Shown piece by piece: positions 8,492 through 16,324 of a stretch of DNA of 24,000 nt. Where the stretch lies: NCBI RefSeq assembly GCF_037026475.1, contig NZ_JAKUMO010000024.1:57171-81170 (forward strand), written 5' to 3'. A program made the translations under genes and the position numbers. The notes beneath the pieces are model-generated. The model was not told the origin of the DNA. It ran no database searches and worked only from the letters and a program-made list of their open reading frames with translations. The first letter of the stretch is position 1. Every line of letters begins with the position of its first letter. This DNA comes from Ensifer sp. MJa1. GTDB taxonomy: Bacteria; Pseudomonadota; Alphaproteobacteria; Rhizobiales; Rhizobiaceae.

Positions 8492-9016
8492 TCAGATGCA
8501 CTTGAAGTAATCGAAGGGTTCCAGGCAGTCGGTGCAGCGATAGCTGGCCTTGCATGGCGTCGAGCCGAACTGGCTGATCTTCTCGGTCCTGGTCGATGCG
8601 CAGCGGGGACAGGCGATCACAAGGTTCGAGCGGCCGGAGAGCCGGTCGATGCGCTTCATCAGCACCCCGTCGGCAGCCGTGCCGTCGACCGGCGGGGCGA
8701 TGCCATAGGCTTGCAGCTTCTCGCGGCCTTCCGCGCTGATCCAGTCGGTGGTCCAGGCGGGCGAAAGCTGACGCTTGAGCTTCACCTTGCCGATGCCGCG
8801 TTCGGTGAGCGCCCGCTCGATATCCAGATTGATCACGGACGTCGCCGGACAGCCGGAATAAGTCGGCGTGACGGTGACCACCAGCGCCTCGTCCTCCCAG
8901 GCGACATCGCGGATGATGCCGAGATCGACCAGCGAGATGACCGGGATTTCCGGATCCGGCACCTCTGCAAGCCACGTCCAGACTTCCTTCGTCGTCGGAT
9001 GTGCGGCCGTGATCAT
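8492..9016 (-). CDS. paaD: Phenylacetyl-CoA epoxidase subunit PaaD
   Basis: 174 aa: VWTWLAEVPDPEIPVISLVDLGIIRDV...TPTYSGCPA, then a C-terminal Cys cluster CPRCAS...CKASYRCTDCLEPFDYFKCI. RBS AGGAGG. Confidence 0.9.
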   Translation of the reverse strand: MITAAHPTTKEVWTWLAEVPDPEIPVISLVDLGIIRDVAWEDEALVVTVTPTYSGCPATSVINLDIERALTERGIGKVKLKRQLSPAWTTDWISAEGREKLQAYGIAPPVDGTAADGVLMKRIDRLSGRSNLVIACPRCASTRTEKISQFGSTPCKASYRCTDCLEPFDYFKCI

Positions 9017-9025
9017 CGCGACCTC

Positions 9026-9808
9026 CTACCAGGTTGCGCCCGGATAGGCGCGCTGGAGAAACTGCAGCTCCGCAAGGATGAAGCCGAGATGCTCGGTATG
9101 CGCCCCGCGCTTGCCGCCCTTCTGCATGTAGCCGTCGGCTGGCATCCTGAGGGTCGCCTCGTCCAGCGTCTCGCGCACCAGCGCATCCCATGCGGATTTC
9201 AGCGATGCCGGCTCCGGCGCGATGCCGTCGGCGGCAACCGCCGCATCGAAGGCGTCGCCCATGAAGAGCTCGCCGGTATAGGGCCAGAGGTCGTCCAGCG
9301 CTTCCTGCATGCGGCGGTGGCTTTCCGCCGTTCCGTCGCCAAGCCGGATCACCAGATCGCCGCTGCGCTCCAGGTGATAGGAGACTTCCTTGAACGCCTT
9401 CTCGGCGATCTCGGCGATGCGCTGATCGCTGGAGCCTTTCAGCGCTTTCAGCTGCAGATAGTGCCAGGCATCGAACAGGAACTGCCGCATCAGCGTCTTG
9501 CCGAAATCGCCGTTCGGTCGCTCGACGAGCAGCACGTTGCGGAAATCGAGCGCATCGCGCAGATAGGCGAGATCGTCCGCCGAACGCCCCTTGCCTTCGA
9601 CTTCGCCGGCAAGGCCGAGCCAGAGCTGCGTCTGGCCGATCAGGTCAAGCGCGGTGTTGGAGAGCGCGATATCCTCTTCCAGCGCCGGCGAATGGCCGCA
9701 CCATTCCGAGACGCGGTGACCGAGGATGAGCGCATTGTCGCCCATGCGCTGCAGGAACTCGAAAAGGGCGGCGTTCTCAACGGCACCCGTCTTTTCCGAC
9801 GCGCCCAT
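9026..9808 (-). CDS. paaC: Phenylacetyl-CoA epoxidase structural subunit PaaC
   Basis: LFEFLQRMGDNALILGHRVSEWCGHSPALEEDIALSNTALDLIGQTQLWL is collinear with E. coli PaaC. ATG at 9808 overlaps the paaB stop (TGATG). The GTG at 9811 is an alternative start. Confidence 0.88.
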   Translation of the reverse strand: MGASEKTGAVENAALFEFLQRMGDNALILGHRVSEWCGHSPALEEDIALSNTALDLIGQTQLWLGLAGEVEGKGRSADDLAYLRDALDFRNVLLVERPNGDFGKTLMRQFLFDAWHYLQLKALKGSSDQRIAEIAEKAFKEVSYHLERSGDLVIRLGDGTAESHRRMQEALDDLWPYTGELFMGDAFDAAVAADGIAPEPASLKSAWDALVRETLDEATLRMPADGYMQKGGKRGAHTEHLGFILAELQFLQRAYPGATW

Positions 9809-10092
9809 CACATATGCCCCACTTCATCCGGAACGTCGAAGAAGGTCGGATGACGATAGACCTTGGAGTTCGACGGCTCGAACAACGGGCCCTTGTCGGA
9901 CGGGGCGCTTGCGGTGATGTCTGCCGAGCGAACCACCCAGATGCTCACCCCTTCGTTGCGACGGGTATAGACGTCACGGGCATTGTTGACGGCCATTTCG
10001 GCGTCCGGCGCATGCAGGCTGCCGACGTGGCGATGGTTGAGGCCGTGCTGGCCGCGGATGAAGACCTCCCAGAGGGGCCATTCGCTGGACAT
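9808..10092 (-). CDS. paaB: Phenylacetyl-CoA epoxidase subunit PaaB
   Basis: 94 aa: MSSEWPLWEVFIRGQHGLNHRHVGSLHAPDAEMAVNNARDVYTRRNEGVSIWVV...YRHPTFF, the PaaB family pattern. The 190-aa track ORF is an upstream over-extension. Confidence 0.92.
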   Translation of the reverse strand: MSSEWPLWEVFIRGQHGLNHRHVGSLHAPDAEMAVNNARDVYTRRNEGVSIWVVRSADITASAPSDKGPLFEPSNSKVYRHPTFFDVPDEVGHM

Positions 10093-10198
10093 GATTACTC
10101 TCCCTTGGAACGATGACTGCTTCTGGAGCGCCGACGGCGACGCCCTGCCCTTCGCAAACGCCGGAAAGGCGCCCGACGCCCCGGGCAAAAGGCCTCTT

Positions 10199-11197
10199 TT
10201 ACTCGGCTGCGACCCGCACGCGACGGGCTTCGGCTTTCTCAGCATGGGCAACGAGGCCGTCGCGGAACCACGCGCCGTCGTCCCAGGCCTTCTTGCGGGC
10301 GTTGAGGCGTTCGGCATTGCAGGGGCCGTTGCCGGCGATGACGGCGAAGAACTCGCTCCAGTCCGGCTCGCCGAAGTCATGGCCGCCCTTCGCCTCGTTC
10401 CACTTCAGCTCCGGATCGGGAATGGTGAGACCGAGGTATTCCGCCTGCGGCACGGTCTGGTCGACGAATTTCTGACGCAGCTCGTCATTGGAGTTCTGCT
10501 TGATCTTCCAGGCCATCGACTGGGCCGAGTGCACGGAAGCGTCGTCGGAAGGGCCGAACATCATCAGCGACGGCCACCACCAGCGGTTCAGCGCATCCTG
10601 CACCAGGGCCTTCTGTGCCGGCGTTCCCTTCACCATCTTCATCAGGATGTCGTAGCCCTGACGCTGGTGAAAACTCTCTTCCTTGCAGATGCGGACCATG
10701 GCGCGGGCGTAAGGCCCGTAGGAACAGCGCTGCAGCGGCACCTGGTTCATGATGGCCGCGCCATCCACCAGCCAGCCGATGGCGCCGATATCGGCCCAGC
10801 TCAGCGTCGGATAGTTGAAGATCGAGGAATACTTCGCCTTGCCGGAATGCAGCTGTTCGTACATCTCGTCGCGGCTGACGCCCAGCGTTTCGGCGGCGCA
10901 GTAGAGATAGAGACCGTGGCCGGCTTCGTCCTGCACCTTGGCGAGCAGGATCGCCTTGCGCTCCAGGGTCGGTGCGCGGGTGATCCAGTTGCCTTCCGGC
11001 AATTGACCGACGATTTCGGAATGGGCGTGCTGGCTGATCTGGCGCACCAGCGTCTTGCGGTAGCCTTCCGGCATCCATTCCTTCGGTTCGATCTTCTGGC
11101 CGGCATCGATGCGCTCCTGGAAGGCGCGCTCGACCGGGTCCATCTCGTCAAGGCTGCGGACGCGGGCTGCGTCGGTCTTCACCATCTGTGCGTACAT
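10199..11197 (-). CDS. paaA: Phenylacetyl-CoA epoxidase catalytic diiron subunit PaaA
   Basis: 332 aa from MYAQMVKTD with RBS AGGAGA. Contains [25 protein letters not shown] and [14 protein letters not shown] at 11197 is preferred because the longer track ORF would overlap paaJ. Confidence 0.93.
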   Translation of the reverse strand: MYAQMVKTDAARVRSLDEMDPVERAFQERIDAGQKIEPKEWMPEGYRKTLVRQISQHAHSEIVGQLPEGNWITRAPTLERKAILLAKVQDEAGHGLYLYCAAETLGVSRDEMYEQLHSGKAKYSSIFNYPTLSWADIGAIGWLVDGAAIMNQVPLQRCSYGPYARAMVRICKEESFHQRQGYDILMKMVKGTPAQKALVQDALNRWWWPSLMMFGPSDDASVHSAQSMAWKIKQNSNDELRQKFVDQTVPQAEYLGLTIPDPELKWNEAKGGHDFGEPDWSEFFAVIAGNGPCNAERLNARKKAWDDGAWFRDGLVAHAEKAEARRVRVAAE

Positions 11198-11220
11198 GAC
11201 AGCTTCTCCTGATTGCCGGT

Positions 11221-12426
11221 TCAGACACGTTCGAGAATGAGTGCGATGCCCTGGCCAACGCCGATGCACATAGTGCATAGCGCATAGCGACCGCCCTGGC
11301 GATGAAGCTGATAAGCGGCCGTCGTCACGAGACGCGCGCCGCTCATGCCGAGCGGATGGCCGATGGCGATGGCGCCGCCATTCGGGTTCACATGGGCGGC
11401 ATCGTCAGGCAGGCCGAGATCGCGCAGCACGGCGAGCGCCTGCGAAGAGAAGGCCTCGTTGAGCTCGATGACATCCATCTGGCCGATGGAAAGGCCGGCA
11501 CGCTCAAGCACGCGGCGGGCAGCCGGCGCCGGGCCGATACCCATGATGCGCGGCTCGACGCCGGCGGCCGCCATGGCGACGATGCGCGCCTTCGGGGAAA
11601 GCTCCTGTTCCTTGATCGCCCTTTCACCGGCGACCAGTAGGGCCGCTGCGCCATCGTTGACACCAGACGCATTGCCGGCGGTAACGGTACGATCCGGGCC
11701 ATTGACGCCCTTCAGCTTGGCAAGCTGCTCGACGGTCGTGCCGGGGCGCGGATGCTCGTCGCGATCGACGACGAGCGCGTCGCCCTTTTTCTGGGCGACA
11801 TGCACGGGCGCGATCTCGTCGGCAAAGACACCCGCTTCCTGAGCGGCAGCCCAGCGCGCCTGGCTGCGCGCGGCAAAGGCATCCTGATCGGCGCGGCTGA
11901 CGCCGAAATCTCCAGCGACATTGTCGGCCGTCTCCGGCATGGAATCGGCGCCAAAAGCAGCCTTCAGCTTCGGATTGACGAAACGCCAGCCGATGGTCGT
12001 ATCATAGATCGCGCTGGAGCGGGAAAAGGCGCTCTCGGCCTTAGGCATGACGAAGGGCGCGCGGCTCATGCTTTCGACACCACCGGCAATCACGATATCG
12101 CAGTCGCCAGCGCGAATAGCGCGTGCCGCCATGCCGACCGCGTCCATTCCGGAGCCACAGAGGCGGTTGACGGTCGTTGCGGGAATGCTGACGGGCATGC
12201 CGGAAAGCAACACCGCCATCCGGCCGACATTGCGATTGTCTTCGCCGGCCTGATTGGCGCAGCCATAGATGAGGTCGTCGACCTTCGTCCAATCCATGCT
12301 CGGATTGCGAACCATCAGCGCGCTCAGGGGCACGGCAGCAAGATCATCGGCGCGAACCGAAGACAAGGCGCCGCCGTAACGACCGATAGGCGTGCGAACA
12401 GCGTCGCAGATATAGGCTTCCGACAC
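11221..12426 (-). CDS. paaJ: 3-oxoadipyl-CoA / 3-oxo-5,6-dehydrosuberyl-CoA thiolase PaaJ
   Basis: 401 aa thiolase: [29 protein letters not shown]...[12 protein letters not shown]...NEAFSSQ...[20 protein letters not shown]...CIGVGQG. GTG start with GGGAGGAG 6 nt upstream. Confidence 0.9.
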   Translation of the reverse strand: MSEAYICDAVRTPIGRYGGALSSVRADDLAAVPLSALMVRNPSMDWTKVDDLIYGCANQAGEDNRNVGRMAVLLSGMPVSIPATTVNRLCGSGMDAVGMAARAIRAGDCDIVIAGGVESMSRAPFVMPKAESAFSRSSAIYDTTIGWRFVNPKLKAAFGADSMPETADNVAGDFGVSRADQDAFAARSQARWAAAQEAGVFADEIAPVHVAQKKGDALVVDRDEHPRPGTTVEQLAKLKGVNGPDRTVTAGNASGVNDGAAALLVAGERAIKEQELSPKARIVAMAAAGVEPRIMGIGPAPAARRVLERAGLSIGQMDVIELNEAFSSQALAVLRDLGLPDDAAHVNPNGGAIAIGHPLGMSGARLVTTAAYQLHRQGGRYALCTMCIGVGQGIALILERV

Positions 12427-12471
12427 GCAAGCTCCTCCCTGGCATCCATGGTCGCATCCTCTCCTCGAAGA

Positions 12472-12493
12472 ATTGACCGACCGTTCGGTTACT
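12472..12493. promoter_or_regulatory. PaaR-type operator candidate ATTGACCGACCGTTCGGTTACT upstream of paaJ
   Basis: Core ACCG-AC-CG-TT-CGGT. Lies 46-67 nt upstream of the paaJ start, immediately downstream of the predicted -10. Confidence 0.55.
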
Positions 12494-12522
12494 TATTTAT
12501 CACTCGACATGTCACAAATCAA
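12494..12522 (-). promoter_or_regulatory. Sigma70-like promoter candidate for the paaJABCDE... operon
   Basis: On the minus strand, TTGATT (12522-12517), a 17-nt spacer, then TAAATA (12499-12494). Sits in the only AT-rich stretch between paaX and paaJ. Confidence 0.35.
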
Positions 12523-12548
12523 TGCAGAATTTCCTATTTTTTGTGACA
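12510..12548. promoter_or_regulatory. Split palindrome TGTCACAAA-N21-TTTGTGACA, a PaaX-operator-like architecture
   Basis: Perfect 9-bp inverted arms at 12510-12518 and 12540-12548. The 6-bp cores TGTCAC/GTGACA are separated by 27 bp. Overlaps the predicted -35 and spacer of the paaJ promoter. Confidence 0.4.
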
Positions 12549-12607
12549 CATCCTCGCGTGAGCCATCAACATACCACGAAACAAGGGTTTTCCGTTTGAA
12601 ATGCGTG

Positions 12608-13510
12608 CTACGCCGCGCCCGCAAGAAGCGACAAACGGCGCCTGGTGGCCTCGCTATCTACTGGCAGCGCGCCGTCAGCCGTCACGAAATGATGCGCCAC
12701 ATAGAGGTCCGCATCGGGCGAAAGACGAAGATAAAGACGCGCAAACAGCGCCCGCGCGTCATCGCCCGGCCAGCCCGCCGGGAGTGCCGTCTGCGGAAGT
12801 CGCGGATCGCGCAGCACGACAAGACGGAACTGGTGGACAAGCACCAGCCGTGTCACCAGGCTTTCCAAGGCCGTAAGCCGGGCTCCGCCTGAAAGAAGGC
12901 TCTCGATCCGACCGAAGCGGCCAAGAAAGCCGCGATAGGCATCGGCATGAAATTCGAGATCCCAATGGTCGGCAGCAAAGGCGCCAAGGTCGGCTTCTCC
13001 GCTCACCACCTCTGCCCGAAAGACGACAGCCGGCTGCTTGAGAGGCGGCATGGCGCGCGCACCGACGGCGAGCCTCGGGCCGAGCCGGGAATGACCCGCC
13101 CGCTCGAGAATCTGCATCGCCTCATCGGGCCTGTCGCCTGTCAGCTGCACGAAATGCCAGTCGGTGGGCTCGGGCGGACCGAACAGCAGCCGGGCGGCGG
13201 CGGCGAACTCCGCGCGGGCAGGCGCGGCCAGCCGATAGAAGCTACGGCGACCTTCACGCTCGCCGGACAACTGGCCTGCCGCAACAAGACGAGACACAGC
13301 CGTGCGCACGAGGGTTTCGCTGATGCCGACCTCGGCACAGATTTCAACAAGATTGCCGGTCCAGATCACGCCGCCGCGCGGCTCGACCACGTCGCCGTAA
13401 ACGGTGACGATAAAGCCCGCCGCCTTCAGCGGGCTTTCATCAAGGATCGCTTGCAACTGCGTTGCAAACGATTTTCCGGTCTTGTCCTTCCCCAGCAAAA
13501 GGGACTCCAC
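12608..13510 (-). CDS. paaX: PaaX-family transcriptional repressor
   Basis: 300 aa: FIVTVYGDVVEPRGGVIWTGNLVEICAEVGISETLVRTAVSRLVAAGQLSGEREGRRSFYRLA...LVLVHQFRLVVLRDPRLPQTALPAGWPG is collinear with E. coli PaaX. The GTG start at 13510 is uncertain. Confidence 0.85.
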   Translation of the reverse strand: MESLLLGKDKTGKSFATQLQAILDESPLKAAGFIVTVYGDVVEPRGGVIWTGNLVEICAEVGISETLVRTAVSRLVAAGQLSGEREGRRSFYRLAAPARAEFAAAARLLFGPPEPTDWHFVQLTGDRPDEAMQILERAGHSRLGPRLAVGARAMPPLKQPAVVFRAEVVSGEADLGAFAADHWDLEFHADAYRGFLGRFGRIESLLSGGARLTALESLVTRLVLVHQFRLVVLRDPRLPQTALPAGWPGDDARALFARLYLRLSPDADLYVAHHFVTADGALPVDSEATRRRLSLLAGAA

Positions 13511-13644
13511 TCATGATCGTGCCATGGTTCATCGGACTGCATGGCCTCAAAATGCCGGCATCCGGGGCCTGGATTTAGCAATCTCGATCATGACGCATGA
13601 CGAGAAGACTGCAACCTCCGCCGTTCCAATAGCACGAAGGTATC

Positions 13645-13675
13645 CGGATTGGGCCGCTTTGACCGGCCCAATCCG
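13645..13675 (-). terminator. Stem-loop downstream of pac
   Basis: CGGATTGGGCCG (13645-13656) pairs perfectly with CGGCCCAATCCG (13664-13675): 12-bp stem, 7-nt loop, starting 10 nt after the pac stop. No clean U-tract follows on the minus strand. Confidence 0.45.
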
Positions 13676-13684
13676 CCAATTCCA

Positions 13685-16060
13685 TCAATCGACCGTCAGC
13701 TCAAGACGGTCTACGGCCACCTTCTCGACCTCGCTGCGCGTCAGGGGCTGCGGACGGCAGGTGAAACTCTCGTACAGCTTCAGCTGATCGTCGTAATGCG
13801 GCGACTTCTCGCCCGAGGGGCTGATGAAGCCGCTCTGGCCCGGTGGCGTGACCATGCAGACGGATGCGGTGTTGTCCTTGAAGGTGATGAGGTCGCTCTG
13901 CGTGCCGCGGTTCATCGACGTGCCGACCTCGGTGCCTTCGTCCTCGCCTGCCTGGGCGATGCCGAGATAGTTCTTGGTGGCAAAGACATGGCGCGGCAGG
14001 GTAGCGCGCCAGTTGGCGAGCTGGTCGGTACCATAATCTCTCGTCAACCCGGCAACAGCCTTGCTCAAAGCCGCAAGGATCACCTCGTCCTTGTCGGCGC
14101 CATTGAAGAAGTCATGGCGCTGCGCGATCCCAGCCTTGTCTCCGAGGAGCGCGTTGCGCAGCACCTGTGTCGGACGCGAGATCCGGTTCAGGGCGACGGT
14201 CGGGTCGATGCCCGGCTGATCGTCCATCAGCACGTCCTCGACCATGATCTTGACCCAGCGCTGGAAGAGCGCGACGGCCGGAGCCGTGGCACGGCCATCC
14301 TCGCCCCTTACCATGCGCCCGTCCCAATCGTTCAGCTCCCTCACCAGCGCCTGGCGCGGGTCGTCGGCGGCAAGCTTTGATGCCGCAGCGAGGAGGAACG
14401 GCAGCAATGCGCGCGCGTTGATGTCGAGGAACGCGATGTTCTTGTTGATGTCCCAGACATCCTTACGGCTCAGCTTGTCCTTGGCCTTGATCAGCGCGAC
14501 GATCTCATCCACGCGGTCGGCAGCGCCCCAGGGCGTCGCCTCGAAATTGGCGACCTCGCCATGCGCCGAGCGGTTGTTCCAGTTCGCAATCCAGCCCTGT
14601 TCGGGGTTGTATGTCTTTGGCGCGTCGGCGAAGGCGCGAAAGCCCTGCCAGTCCATCGACCCATCGCCTTTGGCGGGAACGCGCTGGTCCTGCGCCGGGT
14701 TGCGGACCGGCAGGTAACCCGGCGAAACGTAGCCGATGTTTCCCTGCCTGTCGGCATAGTACCAGTTGATCGTGGTGGCGACGTTCTTTGCCTGCTTCAG
14801 CCAGTCCTCGTAGCTCTGAGCCTTGGTCGAGTTGACCCAGGCAAGCAGCGTATGGATCTCCTTGCCCTTCCAGGTCCGGTTGAAGGCATAGGCCGTATGG
14901 TTTTGCGGATCGATCTGGCTGACAACGCCGTAGTCGCTCTCATAGACCACGGTCGTGACGTCTGGCTGGCCCTTCACCTTGAAGGTCTCCGGACGGGCGT
15001 GCATGTCGTGCCATACGTCGTTCTTGCGATACTGCGCCGCATTGTCGGGATTGAGCTCGAGCTGGAAATAATCGTTGACGTCGAGCGGCCCGGCCGTGGC
15101 GCCCCATGCGATCTGGCCATTGGTCCCGAACAGCACGTTCGGCACGGCAAACGGCGTCGAGCCGGTGAGGTCGAAGCCGGCACCATGCAGGCCGATCGAA
15201 TAGACATAGGACGGATTGAAGTTGCCGAATTGCGGCCCGTTCATCAGCATGGTCGAGCCATCGGTCGTTTTCTTCGGCCCGAGGATCCAAAGGTTCGAAG
15301 CGCGCGGTCGGGCCTCGTCGCCACCTGGAACAGGCCGGCCGATGAGGGCATCGAAACGCCCGCTGTCGCGAAGCGGCTTGTTTTCCGCCTTGATCTGGAA
15401 CTGGCCACCCTTCGGCACGGTCGTCGGGGCAAGCGGGTCTTCCAGCCAGAACATCTGGTCGAAGAGTTCTGCCGCCTTTTGCCTGCCATGCTGCTTTTCG
15501 AGTGTCGCGAGCACCTTGGCGTTGTCGAGCTCGGTCGAGTAGTGCGAGAAGCGGCCGGCCATCGTCACGACATAGATCATCGCGACGTCGAAATCGCTCC
15601 AGGTCGTCGGCTCGATCCCGAAATCGGCGAATTGCTTCGGCAGCAGGCGGCCACGGTCGGCCAGAACTTCGGCGACGCGCCTGTTGTAGCCGGCGGCATA
15701 GCCGCGAAGAATGTCGCGCTCCTCCTTCGGCAGCGCTTCGATCTGCGCCCTGATATCGGCATGGTCGAAATCGGCCCGCGTCGCAATATCGTAACCGAGA
15801 TGGTCCGCGCCAAGCACCGAAGAAACCGTGCCGAGAACGGAGTGTTTCGACATTTCCATCTGGAAGAGGCGGTCGGTCGCGACCGCATAACCGAAGCCGG
15901 CATAGAGCCCATAGGTGTCATCGGCATAGACATGGGGCACACCCCAATTGTCGCGGATGATCTCGACCTTGGACCCGGCATGAGCCGCACCGGGAGCAAC
16001 TGGCGCAAGGGCAGCTGAAAATAGCAAAGCGGCAAGTGCCGGCCGGCGGGTTTGGAGCAT
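13685..16060 (-). CDS. pac: Penicillin G acylase-type Ntn hydrolase (peptidase S45), secreted precursor
   Basis: 791 aa from ATG 16060 with RBS AGGAGG. Signal peptide MLQTRRPALAALLFSAALAPVAPGAAHA. Alpha-subunit start IIRDNWGVPHVYADD. Beta-subunit nucleophile motif SNLWILG (Ser codon 15296-15298), followed by NGPQFGNFNPSYVYSIGLHGAGFDLTGSTPFAVPNVLFGTNGQIAWGATAG, close to the E. coli PGA pattern SNMWVIG...NGPQFGW...GIGLHGAGYDVTGNTPFA. Confidence 0.9.
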   Translation of the reverse strand: MLQTRRPALAALLFSAALAPVAPGAAHAGSKVEIIRDNWGVPHVYADDTYGLYAGFGYAVATDRLFQMEMSKHSVLGTVSSVLGADHLGYDIATRADFDHADIRAQIEALPKEERDILRGYAAGYNRRVAEVLADRGRLLPKQFADFGIEPTTWSDFDVAMIYVVTMAGRFSHYSTELDNAKVLATLEKQHGRQKAAELFDQMFWLEDPLAPTTVPKGGQFQIKAENKPLRDSGRFDALIGRPVPGGDEARPRASNLWILGPKKTTDGSTMLMNGPQFGNFNPSYVYSIGLHGAGFDLTGSTPFAVPNVLFGTNGQIAWGATAGPLDVNDYFQLELNPDNAAQYRKNDVWHDMHARPETFKVKGQPDVTTVVYESDYGVVSQIDPQNHTAYAFNRTWKGKEIHTLLAWVNSTKAQSYEDWLKQAKNVATTINWYYADRQGNIGYVSPGYLPVRNPAQDQRVPAKGDGSMDWQGFRAFADAPKTYNPEQGWIANWNNRSAHGEVANFEATPWGAADRVDEIVALIKAKDKLSRKDVWDINKNIAFLDINARALLPFLLAAASKLAADDPRQALVRELNDWDGRMVRGEDGRATAPAVALFQRWVKIMVEDVLMDDQPGIDPTVALNRISRPTQVLRNALLGDKAGIAQRHDFFNGADKDEVILAALSKAVAGLTRDYGTDQLANWRATLPRHVFATKNYLGIAQAGEDEGTEVGTSMNRGTQSDLITFKDNTASVCMVTPPGQSGFISPSGEKSPHYDDQLKLYESFTCRPQPLTRSEVEKVAVDRLELTVD

Positions 16061-16115
16061 TCTTTCCTCCTGACATGTTCTCGAAGCGCCCTCATCCTCC
16101 ATGGGGCACCACGAT

Positions 16116-16143
16116 AGATTACATTGACCGAACGGACGGTCAA
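16116..16143 (-). promoter_or_regulatory. Sigma70-like promoter candidate for pac
   Basis: On the minus strand, TTGACC (16143-16138), a 16-nt spacer, then TAATCT (16121-16116), about 55 nt upstream of the pac ATG. The -35 and spacer lie inside the operator box. Confidence 0.4.
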
Positions 16144-16144
16144 T
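16123..16144. promoter_or_regulatory. PaaR-type operator candidate ATTGACCGAACGGACGGTCAAT upstream of pac
   Basis: Best palindrome of the three: outer arms ATTGACCG/CGGTCAAT are perfect, core is ACCG-AA-CG-GA-CGGT. Overlaps the predicted pac -35 and spacer. Confidence 0.6.
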
Positions 16145-16174
16145 TTATTTTTGCAAAGCGGAGACACCGCGCCT

Positions 16175-16324
16175 TCAGGAGTTTGTTGATTTCCGGTGCC
16201 GGGCCTTGCCTACATCCGACTCGATCACGGTCAGGGCGAGGTTCTCCATGACTCCGTCGAGCGCAAGGGCGATTGCGGATCCCATGTTCCCGCAGCCGAT
16301 CAGTAGTACGGAGCAATGTTTCAA
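16175..16324 (-). pseudogene. Truncated N-terminal stub of a Rossmann-fold oxidoreductase, pyrroline-5-carboxylate reductase (ProC)-like
   Basis: My own minus-strand translation from TTG 16324 gives LKHCSVLLIGCGNMGSAIALALDGVMENLALTVIESDVGKARHRKSTNS then a stop. The IGCGNMG dinucleotide-binding motif is typical of ProC-like N-termini. Only about 49 codons remain, against the ~270 expected for this family. Confidence 0.45.

Noticed and set aside
9808-10380. 190-aa version of the paaB ORF, and the 359-aa version of paaA (10199-11278).
   Set aside because: The N-terminal extensions have no family similarity and run through the upstream gene or spacer. Internal ATGs with good RBS give proteins of canonical length (94 and 332 aa).
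13659-13680. TTGACCGGCC half-site resembling the PaaR-type box, upstream of paaX.
   Set aside because: The right arm is CGCCAAT at the wrong spacing (+2) and the central CG is absent. The left arm is part of the pac terminator-like hairpin, which explains it better.
14561-16018. 485-aa plus-strand ORF opposite pac. Also 13649-14380.
   Set aside because: Shadow ORFs opposite a well-supported acylase gene. They show no motifs and a biased R/G/V/D composition.
16105-16200. GGCACC ... GGTGCC 6-bp inverted repeat 84 bp apart, flanking the pac operator.
   Set aside because: The arms are too short and too far apart to be distinguished from chance in 60+% GC DNA.
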